From Macrostomum lignano (taxonomy: Eukaryota): 64,000 nucleotides of DNA. The notes beneath the pieces were generated by a model that did no database searches, was not told the DNA's origin, and worked only from the letters and a program-made list of their open reading frames with translations. The position numbers and the translations under genes were made by a program. The stretch lies in NCBI GenBank assembly GCA_002269645.1, contig NIVC01002740.1:80182-144181 (forward strand), read 5' to 3'. This document shows positions 11,901-23,025 of the stretch, in pieces (position 1 is the stretch's first letter; the number at the start of each line of letters is the position of its first letter).

Positions 11901-13395
11901 CTCATAGCCTGGGAATCGCTGAGATGCTAGGTCTCATAGCCTGGGAATCGCTGAGATGCTAGGTCTCATAGCCTGGGAATCGCTGAGATGCTAGGTCTCA
12001 TAGCCTGGGAATCGCTGAGATGCTTGCTAGGTCTCATAGCCTGGGAATCGCTGAGATGCTAGGTCTCATAGCCTGGGAATCGCTGATATGCTAGGTATCA
12101 TAGCCTGGGAATCGCTGAGATGCTTGCTAGGTCTCATAGCCTGGGAATCGCTGAAATGCTAGGTCTCATAGCCTGGGAATCGCTGAGATGCTAGGTCTCA
12201 TAGCCTGGGAATCGCTGAGATGCTAGGTCTCATAGCCTGGGAATCGCTGAAATGCTAGGTCTCCTAGCCTGGGAATCGCTGAGATGCTAGGTCTTATAGC
12301 CTGGGAATCGCTGAGATGCTTGCTAGGTCTCATAGCCTGGGAATCGCTGAGATGCTAGGTCTCATAGCCTGGGAATCGCTGAAATGCTAGGTCTCATAGC
12401 CTGGGAATCGCTGAGATGCTAGGTCTTATAGCCTGGGAATCGCTGAGATGCTTGCTAGGTCTCATAGCCTGGGAATCGCTGAAATGCTAGGTCTTATAGC
12501 CTGGGAATCGCCGAGATGCTTGCTAGGTCTCATAGCCTGGGAATCGCTGAGATGCTAGGTCTCATAGCCTGGGAATCGCTGAGATGCTAGGTCTCAAAGC
12601 CTGGGAATCGCTGAGATGCTTGCTAGGTCTCATAGCCTGGGAATCGCTGAGATGCTAGGTCTCATAGCCTGGGAATCGCTGAGATGCTAGGTCTCATAGC
12701 CTGGGAATCGCTGAGATGCTAGGTCTCAAAGCCTGGGAATCGCTGAGATGCTTGCTAGGTCTCATAGCCTGGGAATCGCTGAGATGCTAGGTCTCATAGC
12801 CTGGGAATCGCTGAGATGCTAGGTCTCATAGCCTAGGAATCGCTGAGATGCTAGGTCTCATAGCCTAGGAATCGCTGAGATGCTATGGGCCATTGGAGAA
12901 TTTCTGAGATGTTCATAGGAATCTTGACTTTCTAACGATCAGGCATGTACACTCCCTGTGCCATAGGGGTTGGCTTATACATTTAGCTCTCAGCAGCCAA
13001 GTGCCTCCTTTTCAGCCAATTTCTCAATCCCAAGCGATCATGACGGACTATTTGACGAGGTGGTGTTCACCGAGTTGCCGCGTCGCGAGGCCGAACAGCT
13101 GGTCGCTCGCTACAACAGAGAAGCCGCCGGCGCCGCCGGTGGAGGCGGCCGAGGAGGTGGCCGCGGCGGCGGCTTCGCTGGCGGTTTCCATCAGCGGCAT
13201 CAAGGCACCGATCAACAGCAGCACTCGAGGCCGTATTCTAATTATTCCGACAACAGGCCGCACCACCAGCAGCAGCAGTATAAGCAGGAACGGCGAGGCG
13301 GTGGCGGTGGTGGCGGCTGGCGCGGCGGCGGCGGCGGCAGAGGAAGAGGTTCAGGATACGGTTTTGGTCATGGAGGCGGCGGTCGAGCCTACTGA
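5965..13395 (+). CDS. HNRNPUL1: hnRNP U-like protein (SPRY/B30.2 + P-loop nucleotide-binding domain + RGG tail), about 565 aa, no SAP domain
   Basis: Exons 5965-5974, 6598-6777, 7317-7531, 7804-8022, 9251-9405, 10431-10969, 13016-13395. All introns GT-AG and frame-consistent (1698 nt). Motifs: LDLYNSDL, GRVFYEV, SYGYGGSGK, LFPHLLTKNVQFEVNFGQ, MMCGLPAAGKS (Walker A), RNYILDQTNVY, MKANF..P...FDEVVFTEL, C-terminal RGG. The 10-nt first exon is the least certain part. Confidence 0.92.
7093..7144 (-). mobile_element. Degenerate tRNA-derived SINE head fragment in hnRNPUL intron 2
   Basis: Minus strand has A-box-like TCAGTGAGTCAAGCGC and B-box-like GGCTCGATCC. Confidence 0.3.
7607..7757. repeat. 20-bp minisatellite (GTGTCAGTGGAGTGAGGTTG) in hnRNPUL intron 3
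   Basis: About 7 visible tandem copies. Confidence 0.95.
8255..9185. repeat. 23-bp minisatellite (GAGAATCGCCCTCAATCTACCCT) in hnRNPUL intron 4
   Basis: Period 23 measured (9064 to 9087). Confidence 0.95.
9470..10413. repeat. 32-bp minisatellite (AAGATCTCAGTAGTTGCAGTTTCAAAATCTCC) in hnRNPUL intron 5
   Basis: Period 32 measured (10201 to 10233). Confidence 0.95.
11080..12900. repeat. 32/36-bp minisatellite (GCCTGGGAATCGCTGAGATG[CTTG]CTAGGTCTCATA) in hnRNPUL intron 6
   Basis: Period 32 measured (11881 to 11913), with a 36-bp variant carrying extra CTTG. Degenerate flanks. Confidence 0.95.
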
Positions 13396-13526
13396 AAAAA
13401 ATTAGTTAAATTTTTTTATTGAACATTTGTCGATCTTGACAAACTGAATATACTGTCACAAAGCATGTATTTACTGTTTATGATAAAGACTATATTTTAT
13501 GTTCATGCCTTAGGACTGTGTTGTCC

Positions 13527-14790
13527 TTAATCTACCCTTGTAATTGACTCTTGACCTACCATGAGAATCGCCCTTGATCTACCGTAAGAATCGCCCTTAA
13601 TATACCTTGAGAATTGCCCGTAATCTACCGTGATAATCGTCATTAATCTACCATGAGAATCGACCTTAATCTACCGTGAGAATCGCCCTTAATCTACCGT
13701 GAGAATCGCCCTTAACCTACCATGAGAATCGCCCTTAATTTACCTTGAGAATTGTCATTAATCCACCATGAGAATCGCCCTTAATCTACCTTGTGAATCG
13801 TCATTAATAAACCATGAGAATCGCCCTTAATCTACCTTGAGAATCGTCATTAAAAAACCATGAGAATCGCCCTTAATCTACCTTGAGAATCGTCATTAAT
13901 AAACCATGAGAATCGCCCTTAATCTACCTTGAGAATCGTCATTAATAAACCATGAGAATCGCCCTTAATCTACCTTGAGAATAGTCATTAATAAACCATG
14001 AGAATCGCCCTTAATCTACCTTGAGAATCGTCATTAATAAACCATGAGAATCGCCCTTAATCTACCTTGAGAATAGTCATTAATAAACCATGAGAATCGC
14101 CCTTAATCTACCTTGAGAATCGTCATTAATAAACCGTGAAAATCGCCCTTAATCTACCTTGAGAATAGTCATTAATAAACCATGAGAATCGCCCTTAATC
14201 TACCTTGAGAATAGTCGTTAATAAACCATGAGAATCGCCCTTAATCTACCTTGAGAATCGTCATTAATAAACCTTGAGAATCGTCATTAATAAACCATGA
14301 GAATCGCCCTTAATCTACCTTGAGAATAGTCATTAATAAACCATGAGAATCGCCCTTAATCTACCTTGAGAATCGTCATTAAAAAACCATGAGAATCGCC
14401 CTTAATCTACCTTGAGAATAGTCATTAATAAACAATGAGAATCGCCCTTGATCTACCTTGAGAATCGTCATTAATAAACCATGAGAATCGCCCTTAATCT
14501 ACCTTGAGAATAGTCATTAATAAACCATGAGAATCGCCCTTAATCTACCTTGAGAATAGTCAATAATAAACCATGAGAATCGCCCTTAATCTACCTTAAG
14601 AATCGTCATTAATAAACCATGAGAATCGCCCTTAATCTACCTTGAGAATCGTCATTAATAAACCGTGAGAATCGCCCTTAATCTACCTTGAGAATCGTCA
14701 TTAATAAACCATAAGAATCGCCCTTAATCTACCGTGAGAATCGCCATTAATAAACCATGAGAATCGCCCTTAATCTACCGTGAGAATCGC
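13527..14790. repeat. 23-bp minisatellite with 46-bp dimeric higher-order unit (CATGAGAATCGCCCTTAATCTACCTTGAGAATCGTCATTAATAAAC)
   Basis: Same family as 8255-9185, but with alternating A/B monomers. Confidence 0.95.
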
Positions 14791-15689
14791 CCTGGTGATA
14801 ATCGGTCTTGATACAGTTTATTAGAGTGCAACTCTAACATTCAAATGTCTCTAAAATGCGTAACCATTCGTTGCGTTTATTCTCACTTATACGGTACATG
14901 TTTTACGTGAGTATGAGTGAGCCGTACCTACTTTTTTACATGTCATATCCTTTTTTACATTTTGTTCATCAATATGCTGTTTGCATATTATAATATTTCT
15001 CTATTAGTACAACCGCTTGGTGATATGCATACGCACTCCTTTGCAAAATTTAAACTTTAAGTTTTTCTCTGACGTCTGTTTGATTCATTTTTTATTTACA
15101 AAAATAATATTGGGACTTTTTTTCATCTACTAATCGTCATTTTTAGTTTTGTTTGTTTCAAAGTGTCTTTAGTCTTGTTTCTGTTTTATTCTACTACTAG
15201 TAGCAAAAATAATAAGCGGCTTTATCAATACGAGAGATTTATCAAAACATATCTAAAGATGAACATTGAGTCTGCCTGCTTTCAAAGGCAATAGCATATT
15301 TGTGCTATAAAATAATGAAAAGTTCCTATCTCCGTAGTGTATTTTCGGCGAAAACCAGCCTCAATATACGTTTTTACTTGAGTAGTCTTTTCAGTTTTAT
15401 CGTGCTAAAATAGAATAATAAAGACAGGTTGGACCATAGACAACACAGGAATTTCCGACTTGAACATAAAAAAACTTGCTATTTATGGCCATAGAGAGAT
15501 TTGTTGTCAAATATATACTGACAGATGTCTATGGCCCAGACCAGTCTATTCTGTAGGATTTCTGCTGCTCCTCAATTAAGTTAATAATCAAGCCGAGAAT
15601 CCCCATAGACAATAAAAGCCAATCAAGCGCATAGTTAGCTCTATCTGGCAGTGGCTGTTAACTTGAATTTACCCAGCCAATTCTCATTG

Positions 15690-17023
15690 ATGGCTGCCCC
15701 ATCCGGTCATCCCAGCCCCCTACTGACGGATTTGCCGTCATTCTCGCCCGACAGTTTCGCTCGGCATGCAAAAATCAATCGAGTGAGCTTCTGATTTCAA
15801 ATTTGATGCATATATTAATGCGGAAAATTTCATCTGCATGCCAAATTATTTTCCTTTTACAGTCGTCCTGCACTCAGCAGCAGTATTCTGAAGATTTGAA
15901 ACCAGCTAGGCGTAAGTCTGGCTTGAACTTTTGTTATGTACCTTTTATTTAGCCAAATTAGCGATAATTATTAGCTACTTTTTGTTGCAAAATGCTTATT
16001 CTCTACAGCCCTTGTGAACGGCTACTCGGACAAAAATGTCGTTCTAATTGCACAGGCTAAAAAGTGGGATAAACTGGTAAGACTTGGGGATGAACCTAGT
16101 TTTATGCTGCCTGGACCACCTTGGCTCACCTTGGCTCGCCTTGAACACTGACTCAATTTGGCCCGCCATGCTCACATTGACCGACCTTGACGCATACTGA
16201 CTGACATTGACCCTCCTTGACCGACATTGACCCTCCTTGACCCTCCTTGACCGACCTTTACCCACATTGATTGACATTGACCGACCTTGACCCACACTGA
16301 CTGACATTGACCCACACTGACTGACATTGACCCACATTGATTTTCCTTGACCGACATTGATCGACATTGACCGACCTTGACACGCCTTCACCCACATTGA
16401 ACCTCCTTGACCGACATTGACCGACATTAAAACAATGTCGGTTGTTGATGTTTTCTAATAATTTCCGACCTTAACCCTTCTTGACCGACCTTGACCCACA
16501 TTGACCAACCTTGACCCTCCTTTACCAACCTTGACCCTCCTTGACCGACCTTGACCCTCTTTGACCGACCTTGGCCCAAATTGACCTACCTTGACCCACA
16601 TTGACTGACCTTGACCCACATTGACCCGCCTTGACCGACCTTGACCCACATTGACCAACCTTGAACCTCTTATTTGCACCTGGGCAGCCCCTGTTAATCG
16701 TCAACCTCCTGCATTCCCAGCTGGACTTCCAGTCCAACAGCAAGCCGTCAATCGAGGAGCTCCGTCAGCGCTGGGCCGCCACCATTAAAGAGCCGCCGCG
16801 TTCGCCCTCGGACTGCGCGGAGTCGCCGTCTGGCACCCCGGCCGACGTGGCTGCTGGCGGCCGAGAGTTGAGAAAACGGCGGGCAGCGGCGGACTCGAGC
16901 GGAGATCGAGCAGCCAGCGCGGGTAGCAACGGCACCCCATCCCAGTCCCAGCAGCAGCAGACAAATATTCGAAAGCGTCCTCGCCTAGTTCTTAGAAACA
17001 CTCGTCGCTATGGCAACAACTGA
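15690..17023 (+). CDS. DDA1: DDA1-like protein, divergent paralogue A (about 170 aa)
   Basis: Exons 15690-15782, 15863-15911, 16009-16076, 16721-17023 (513 nt; phases 0,1,0; GT-AG). LLTDLPSFSPDSFARH matches DDA1 FLKGLPVYNKSNFSRF. NVVLIAQAKKWDKL matches NILLRYLHQQWDKK in spacing. Confidence 0.65.
16155..16662. repeat. 10-bp minisatellite (TTGACCGACC/TTGACCCACA) in DDA1-A intron 3
   Basis: Visible degenerate 10-bp periodicity. Confidence 0.9.
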
Positions 17024-17211
17024 CTGCGGACTTAAGAGCGTCCAAGGGAACCATTTAGTAACAAATGTTGAAAAAACATTGTTTTCTAAAAAGTTGTACA
17101 TACATTTTCTACTTAATATTTTATTCGACCCAAAATCAAATTTAAATCGATCGATTGAAAGATTCATTTTATGTTGGAAATTGGACTGGGGCTCTGTAGG
17201 GGTCACCTTCA

Positions 17212-17631
17212 GATCATGTCGGTAATCACCCTCTAATCATGTCGGTAATCACCCTCTAATCATGTCAGTAATCACCCTCTGATCATGTCGGTAATAATCG
17301 CCCTCTAATCATGTCGGTTATCACCCTCTGACCATGTCGGTTATCACCCTCCAATCATGTCGGTAATCACCCTCTGACCATGTCGGTTATCACCCTCTGA
17401 CCATGTCGGTTATCACCCTCTGACCATGTCGGTTATCACCCTTTAATCATGTCGGTAATCGCCCTCTGACCATGTCGGTAATCACCCTCCAATCATGTCG
17501 GTAATCACCCTCTGACCATGTCGGTTATCACCCTCCAATCATGTCGGTAATCACCCTCCAATCATGTCGGTAATCACCCTCTGACCATGTCGGTAATCAC
17601 CCTCCAATCATGTCGGTAAACACCCTCCAAT
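17212..17631. repeat. 23-bp minisatellite (CATGTCGGTAATCACCCTCTAAT)
   Basis: About 18 tandem copies. Confidence 0.95.
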
Positions 17632-18016
17632 CTTATAGAGTGAAAGCGGCTTCTAACCGTCTTCTTTCAGCCGTAACTGATAAACGTTGTTGCTTGCTTT
17701 GAGTTATACGAAGTACTTTTTGTACTGTTTATTTCTTTTAAGTTTTCCATTGAATGTACCGTGCTGAAGGCACTGTTGTTGAGTCTCTATTGACTGTTTC
17801 TTTATTAGCGTGATGCAGAATTCATTCTGTATTGAAGAGATTTTACTTCTAACTAATGCCCCATTGATGGTAGCGCTTTGTTATCAAAGAAAGTAAGTAG
17901 AACCATTTTTAGGTCTTTAATTGTCGTATGTTTGTAAATAATTAGACTTACAGATAATTAGTACGTTTAAAGGTTTTTATGTGCCTAAAAAGCAACAGAT
18001 ATATGGTCTGTTGTAG

Positions 18017-18500
18017 AGAGGATGGGTCAGCATGGGTAAGAAAGGATGGGTCAGTATGGGGAGGAGAGGATGGGTCAGCATTGAGAAGAGAGGACGGGTC
18101 AGCATGGGGAGGAGAGGATGGGTCAGCATTGAGAAGAGAGGATGGGTCAGCATGGGAAAGAGAGGATGGGTCAGCATGGGGAAGAGAGGATGGGTCAGCA
18201 TGGGTAAGAGAGGATGGGTCAGCATGGGGAGGAGAGGATGGGTCAGCATGGGGAAGAGAGGATGGGTCAGCATGGGGAAGAGAGGGCGGGTCAGCATGGG
18301 GAAGAGAGGATGGGTCAGCATGGGGAAGAGAGGACGGGTCAGCATGGGGAGGAGAGGATGGGTCAGCATGGGGAAGAGAGGATGGGTCAGCATGGGGAAG
18401 AGAGGATGGGTCAGCATGGGGAAGAGAGGACGGGTCAGCATTGAGAAGAGAGGATGGGTCAGCATGGGGAAGAGAGGATGGGTCAGCATTGAGAAGAGAG
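18017..18500. repeat. 24-bp minisatellite (GAGGATGGGTCAGCATGGGGAAGA)
   Basis: About 20 copies; source of several spurious repetitive ORFs. Confidence 0.95.
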
Positions 18501-18815
18501 GCCAGCATCTGTAAAGCTCAGTACTTTAGAAAATATATGAACTAATAAAAGTTAAGGGCTGAGCATGTACTCGTAATAGCACCGCCCTTATTCAACACGC
18601 TCTCTATTCTTTCTATTCTACTTCAGTGCAAGTTTTAAGCAAATTTTTGTAGTTTATTTGACTCGACCGGGTTTATAAAAACTTGTCTCCCTATTGATAA
18701 TTTGTTTTACAGTTGGACTGATTGATGATTCCGTTTATTGACGAAATAAATTGCGTTGTATATTTCAGTCTTACTTGTCACATTTGACTTGGAGACCTTG
18801 CTTTCTTACACGATT

Positions 18816-18916
18816 GACTGCCTGACTGCCTGTCTGACTGACTGACTGACTGACTGCCTGACTGACTGACTGACTGACTGACTGACTGACTGACTTGAGT
18901 GAGTGAGTGAGTGACT

Positions 18917-18948
<32 letters not shown>

Positions 18949-19037
18949 GACTGACTGACTGACTGACTGACTGACTGACTGACTGACTGACTGACTGACT
19001 GACTGACTGACTGACTGACTGACTGACTGACTGACTG
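18816..19037. repeat. (GACT)n microsatellite
   Basis: Direct observation. Confidence 0.97.
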
Positions 19038-19138
19038 AGAAGCCTAATTTCGGTTTTCACCGCCGTGTTCACTCTTCTGCATATCTGTCATCTCAGCGGC
19101 ATTGAAGGCCTCATAAATCTGCACATCATCTGGCAGTC

Positions 19139-21255
19139 ATGAGTCAATACAGTCAGCAGCGCGGCGTCCCCGCCTGCTCAGATATGCTCAAGGACCTGCC
19201 GTCCTACTGCAGCTCCAATTTCAGCAACTATTCGCCTCAGAACCGTCTGCTGTCGGTAAGATGCTCTGTCTATCTTCTGTACTTATAAAACAACAGAAAG
19301 CGGATTGCTAAGTGCGCCCAATCCCATTCCTTTACAGACTCGAAAAGTCTCCGTGTACGTCTCCACTTCGCCTGAACGAAACGTTATTCGTAAGAATTGT
19401 TTTCATCTTTTATACCGATTGTACTCCTTATACTAAAACCGTTTTAAACTAAATTTGATGGCCTAATTGGACTTTCTATTGTTTTAACTGCAGCCATTGT
19501 GAACGATCGACAGGGGCTTCTCGTTCACTTTCTTAATGCGGAGTCGCAACGGCAGGTGAGTCATCCTTATCTTTCTTAGTCACCGTCTCTGTCTTTAAAA
19601 TTTTGCGCCAACTTCTATCCTTCCTTATCTTTCTACTCAGCCCTGTCTTTAATGTTTGCCGTCAGCTTCTATCCTCCCTTATCTTAACTACGCATCGCCT
19701 GTGTCTTTGAAGTTTTCCGCCAACTTCTATCCATCCTTATCTCATCTACTCACCGCCTCTGTCTTTAATGTTTGCCGCCAACTTCTATCCTCCCTTATTT
19801 CATCTACGCACCGCCTTTATGTCTTTGAAGTGAGGTGGGGGCGGAGAAAGTTTTTCTTGGAAATTGGTTGTTTGAAATTAGTTGCTGACACCAGTGTGGT
19901 GGGGCGGATTCCACGCTTGAATTGCCGACGGCGTTGAGTTCGCACGAATAAATCCGGAAAATCGCGCAGACGAATCACAACGAATTACTTTCTCCTGTTT
20001 TACTCCGACAGCCGGGTTCTCAAGTCCGGGGGGGTTTTTCGTAATCGTAGCGGAGCGGTCGTTCAAATGATAAAACACCGGAGATTCTGACACCGTAATT
20101 TAATGCGTTGACTTGTCGAGCTTGTTACTTTCAGTAGGGTAGTTGCTGCCACCACCGTAATTTACGTAGTACGGAACGATTAAGTCTCGGAGCTTTCTTC
20201 GAGCTGAGAACTTGGGTTATTTTACGCCCCGCGGGCAAATGACTCAAGAAATGCTATGGCTTAGGTTCACCGAATAAATATTAGATAGTTGAAGTTTTAT
20301 TGGCTCATTAATTGATAGCAGGCTGGATAAATAGAATATTATATAAATAGTCGACCTTGACGCTACGCGAGAATAAGACGGGGCGCCGAGGCGTCAAGGA
20401 AAAACGCAAGAGAAAATTTACAAAAGCTTAAAACAAGACAAGAAAAATATAAGCATGCAGAAAGGAAGGAAGAGCATGCAAAAACTAATCAAGGAGCATC
20501 GCATATATATGCAAGAGATAAATGGTGAGGAAACCGTTGGAACAACGATTGGGCATAGGCGTGGAGGCAAAATTTCACGCAATGGACATGTCGCGGGACG
20601 GCTTTGAATACCTAGATAAAACAAAAATAACAGGCTTTCGTCCAGCGCTGGTTAGGCAAAAATTCACGGAGGTGGAGCACATAATTCAATGCCGGGAGTG
20701 ACGACAATTCAAATAATGGAAAACACAAAATTTAAAACACTGGCATGCAAAAATAAAAAAATAAATAGTCCAATTATTACTCAGTGGCATCTCGCCGGCC
20801 ACAGAAGTTTGCCGCCAACTTCTATCCTCCCTTATTTCATCTACTCATCGCCTCTGTGTCTTTGAAGTTTATCGCTAGCTTCTATTCTCTCTTATATTTC
20901 TATTCACTGCCTTAGCTGTGTCTTTAAAGTTTGCCGCCAGCTTCTATCCTCCCTTATATTATAGTTTTTTTCTTTTTTGGTATTCATCCAGGCGGACTCC
21001 ACCAAACCCAAGCAGACGTCGTCCTCTTCCTCGGACTCTGCTGCCACCGCTGCGGCCGCCCCAACCGCCCCAGCTGCTTCCGCCGCGGCCGCGCCAGCTG
21101 AGCAGGCGGCCGACGGCCCCACACAGCCAAAAGTGGCTCGTCTGGATGAAAGCGCTGCTGCGACAGCTCAGCAGGAGGCCCAGCAGCAGCAACATCCAAA
21201 TGCAGACTCGGCCGCCGACATGCCATCCTCATCGTCGGGGGCTTCATCAGAGTGA
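19139..21255 (+). CDS. DDA1: DDA1 (DET1- and DDB1-associated protein 1), paralogue B (about 164 aa)
   Basis: Exons 19139-19255, 19338-19389, 19494-19555, 20992-21255 (495 nt; phases 0,1,0). DMLKDLPSYCSSNFSNY matches DFLKGLPVYNKSNFSRF; RKVSVYV matches RRPSVYL; IVNDRQGLLVHFL matches IVTEKTNILLRYL. Ala/Ser-rich tail. Confidence 0.85.
19831..20803. mobile_element. Putative solo LTR (TG...CA, 4-bp TSD GAAG) in DDA1-B intron 3
   Basis: 973 bp starting TGAGG and ending CCACA, flanked by GAAG (19827-19830 and 20804-20807). It interrupts a degenerate repeat (GTCTTTGAAG|TTTGCCGCCAACTTCTATCC) that resumes on the other side. Confidence 0.7.
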
Positions 21256-21861
21256 ACTGTTTGCCTCAGCTTCCAGCTAATATTACTACATATGAGAGCA
21301 GCTCTGGGCTAGTCAGGACAGCCTTAATTAACTACCCAAAATTAAGGCTGATGGTTGCGGTGCTAGACTTTCAATTGTGTAGAATGTATGACATATTTGT
21401 ATCTGCTGTTACTCATCACTATGTTCAGCTATATTGAGCATATTTAGTCCCGTTCCAAAATGCCCTTTTATTGGCGCTGTAATAAATTCAGCATTGGCTG
21501 TTAAGTAGGTTTTCTACATGTTATTAAGAGCTATTTAAATAGTCCAAAAATGCCTTCATCAGCGGTTTACATTGACAAATTTAAATGTCCTCAATTCAGT
21601 TCAGCTCAGTTTTGCATTCAATTTAATAAACCCCCAGCTTAAAAGTTCAATTGCGCATTATGCTCGCCTTTGCTGGTATTTTTTTCACACTGTTCCGTGT
21701 TTTTCATTATGATGACTTTATATTAATTTATGAATTTTTTGTAGGCCTATTAGGGTCTGACTTGGCTTCTTGAATCTGTCACTCCGACACTCACTCACTC
21801 ATTCAATCATTTTCACTGATTTCTCAAGATTACATCAATCACTCATTCACCCAATCCCTAG

Positions 21862-22897
21862 GTTACTCAGTCTCAATCAGTCAGTCACTCAGTCTCAATC
21901 AGTCAGTCACTCAGTCTCAATCAGTCAGTCACTCAGTCTCAATCATTCAGTCACTCAGTCTCAATCAGTCAGTCACTCAGTCTCAATCAGTCAGTCACTC
22001 AGTCTCAATCAGTCAGTCACTCAGTCTCAATCAGTCAGTCACTCAGTCTCATTCAGTCAGTCAGTCAGTGACTCAGTCTCAATCAATCAGTCAGTCAGTC
22101 ACTCAGTCTCAATCAATCTGTCAGTCAGTCACTCAGTCTCAATCAATCAGTCAGTCAATCAATCAGTCAGTCAGTCAATCAATCAGTCAGTCTCAATCAA
22201 TCAGTCAGTCAGTCACTCAGTCTCAATCAATCTGTCAGTCAGTCACTCAGTCTCAATCAATCAGTCAGTCAGTCTCAATCAATCAGTCAGTCAGTCACTC
22301 AGTCTCAATCAATCAGTCAGTCAGTCACTCAGTCTCAATCAATCTGTCAGTCACTCAGTCTCAATCAATCAGTCAGTCAGTCTCAATCAATCATTCAGTC
22401 AGTCACTCAGTCTCAATCAGTCAGTCAGTCACTCAGTCTCAATCAGTCAGTCACTCAGTCTCAATCAATCAGTCACTCAGTCTCAATCAGTCAGTCACTC
22501 AGTCTCAATCAATCAGTCACTCAGTCTCATTCAGTTAGTCACTCAGTCTTAATCAATCATTCAGTCAGTCACTCAGTCTCAATCATTCAGTCAGTCACTC
22601 AGTCTCAATCATTCAGTCAGTCACTCAGTCTCAATCAGTCAGTCAGTCAGTCTCAATCAGTCAGTCATTCAGTCTCAATCAATCAGTCACTCAGTCTCAT
22701 TCAGTCAGTGACTCAGTCTCAATCAGTCAGTCACTCAGTCTCAATCAATCTGTCAGTCACTCAGTCTCAGTCAGTCAGTCACTCGTGCAGTCTCAATCAA
22801 TCTGTCAGTCACTCAGTCTCAATCAGTCAGTCCTCAGTCTCAATCAGTCAGTCACTCAGTCTCAATCAGTCAGTCACTCAGTCTCAGTGAGTCAGTG
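21862..22897. repeat. Compound (TCAG/TCAA/TCAC)n microsatellite
   Basis: Direct observation. Confidence 0.95.
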
Positions 22898-23025
22898 ACT
22901 TGACCAATAACTTACTGTCGATAATTGTCACAACTCTGGCCGGTGCTTGACTCGAGCCTCATAGTAGTAAGTAGCGAGCTTATCCAGCTAAAATGAATAT
23001 TTGAATAAAAGTCTACACGAATCCA

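Noticed and set aside
17948-18545. Long repetitive ORFs (HADPSSLP, REDGSAWG etc.)
   Set aside because: Translations of a stop-free 24-bp minisatellite, open in many frames.
21770-22890. SQ-rich ORFs (also the SVCL repeats at 51866-52901)
   Set aside because: Microsatellite translations.
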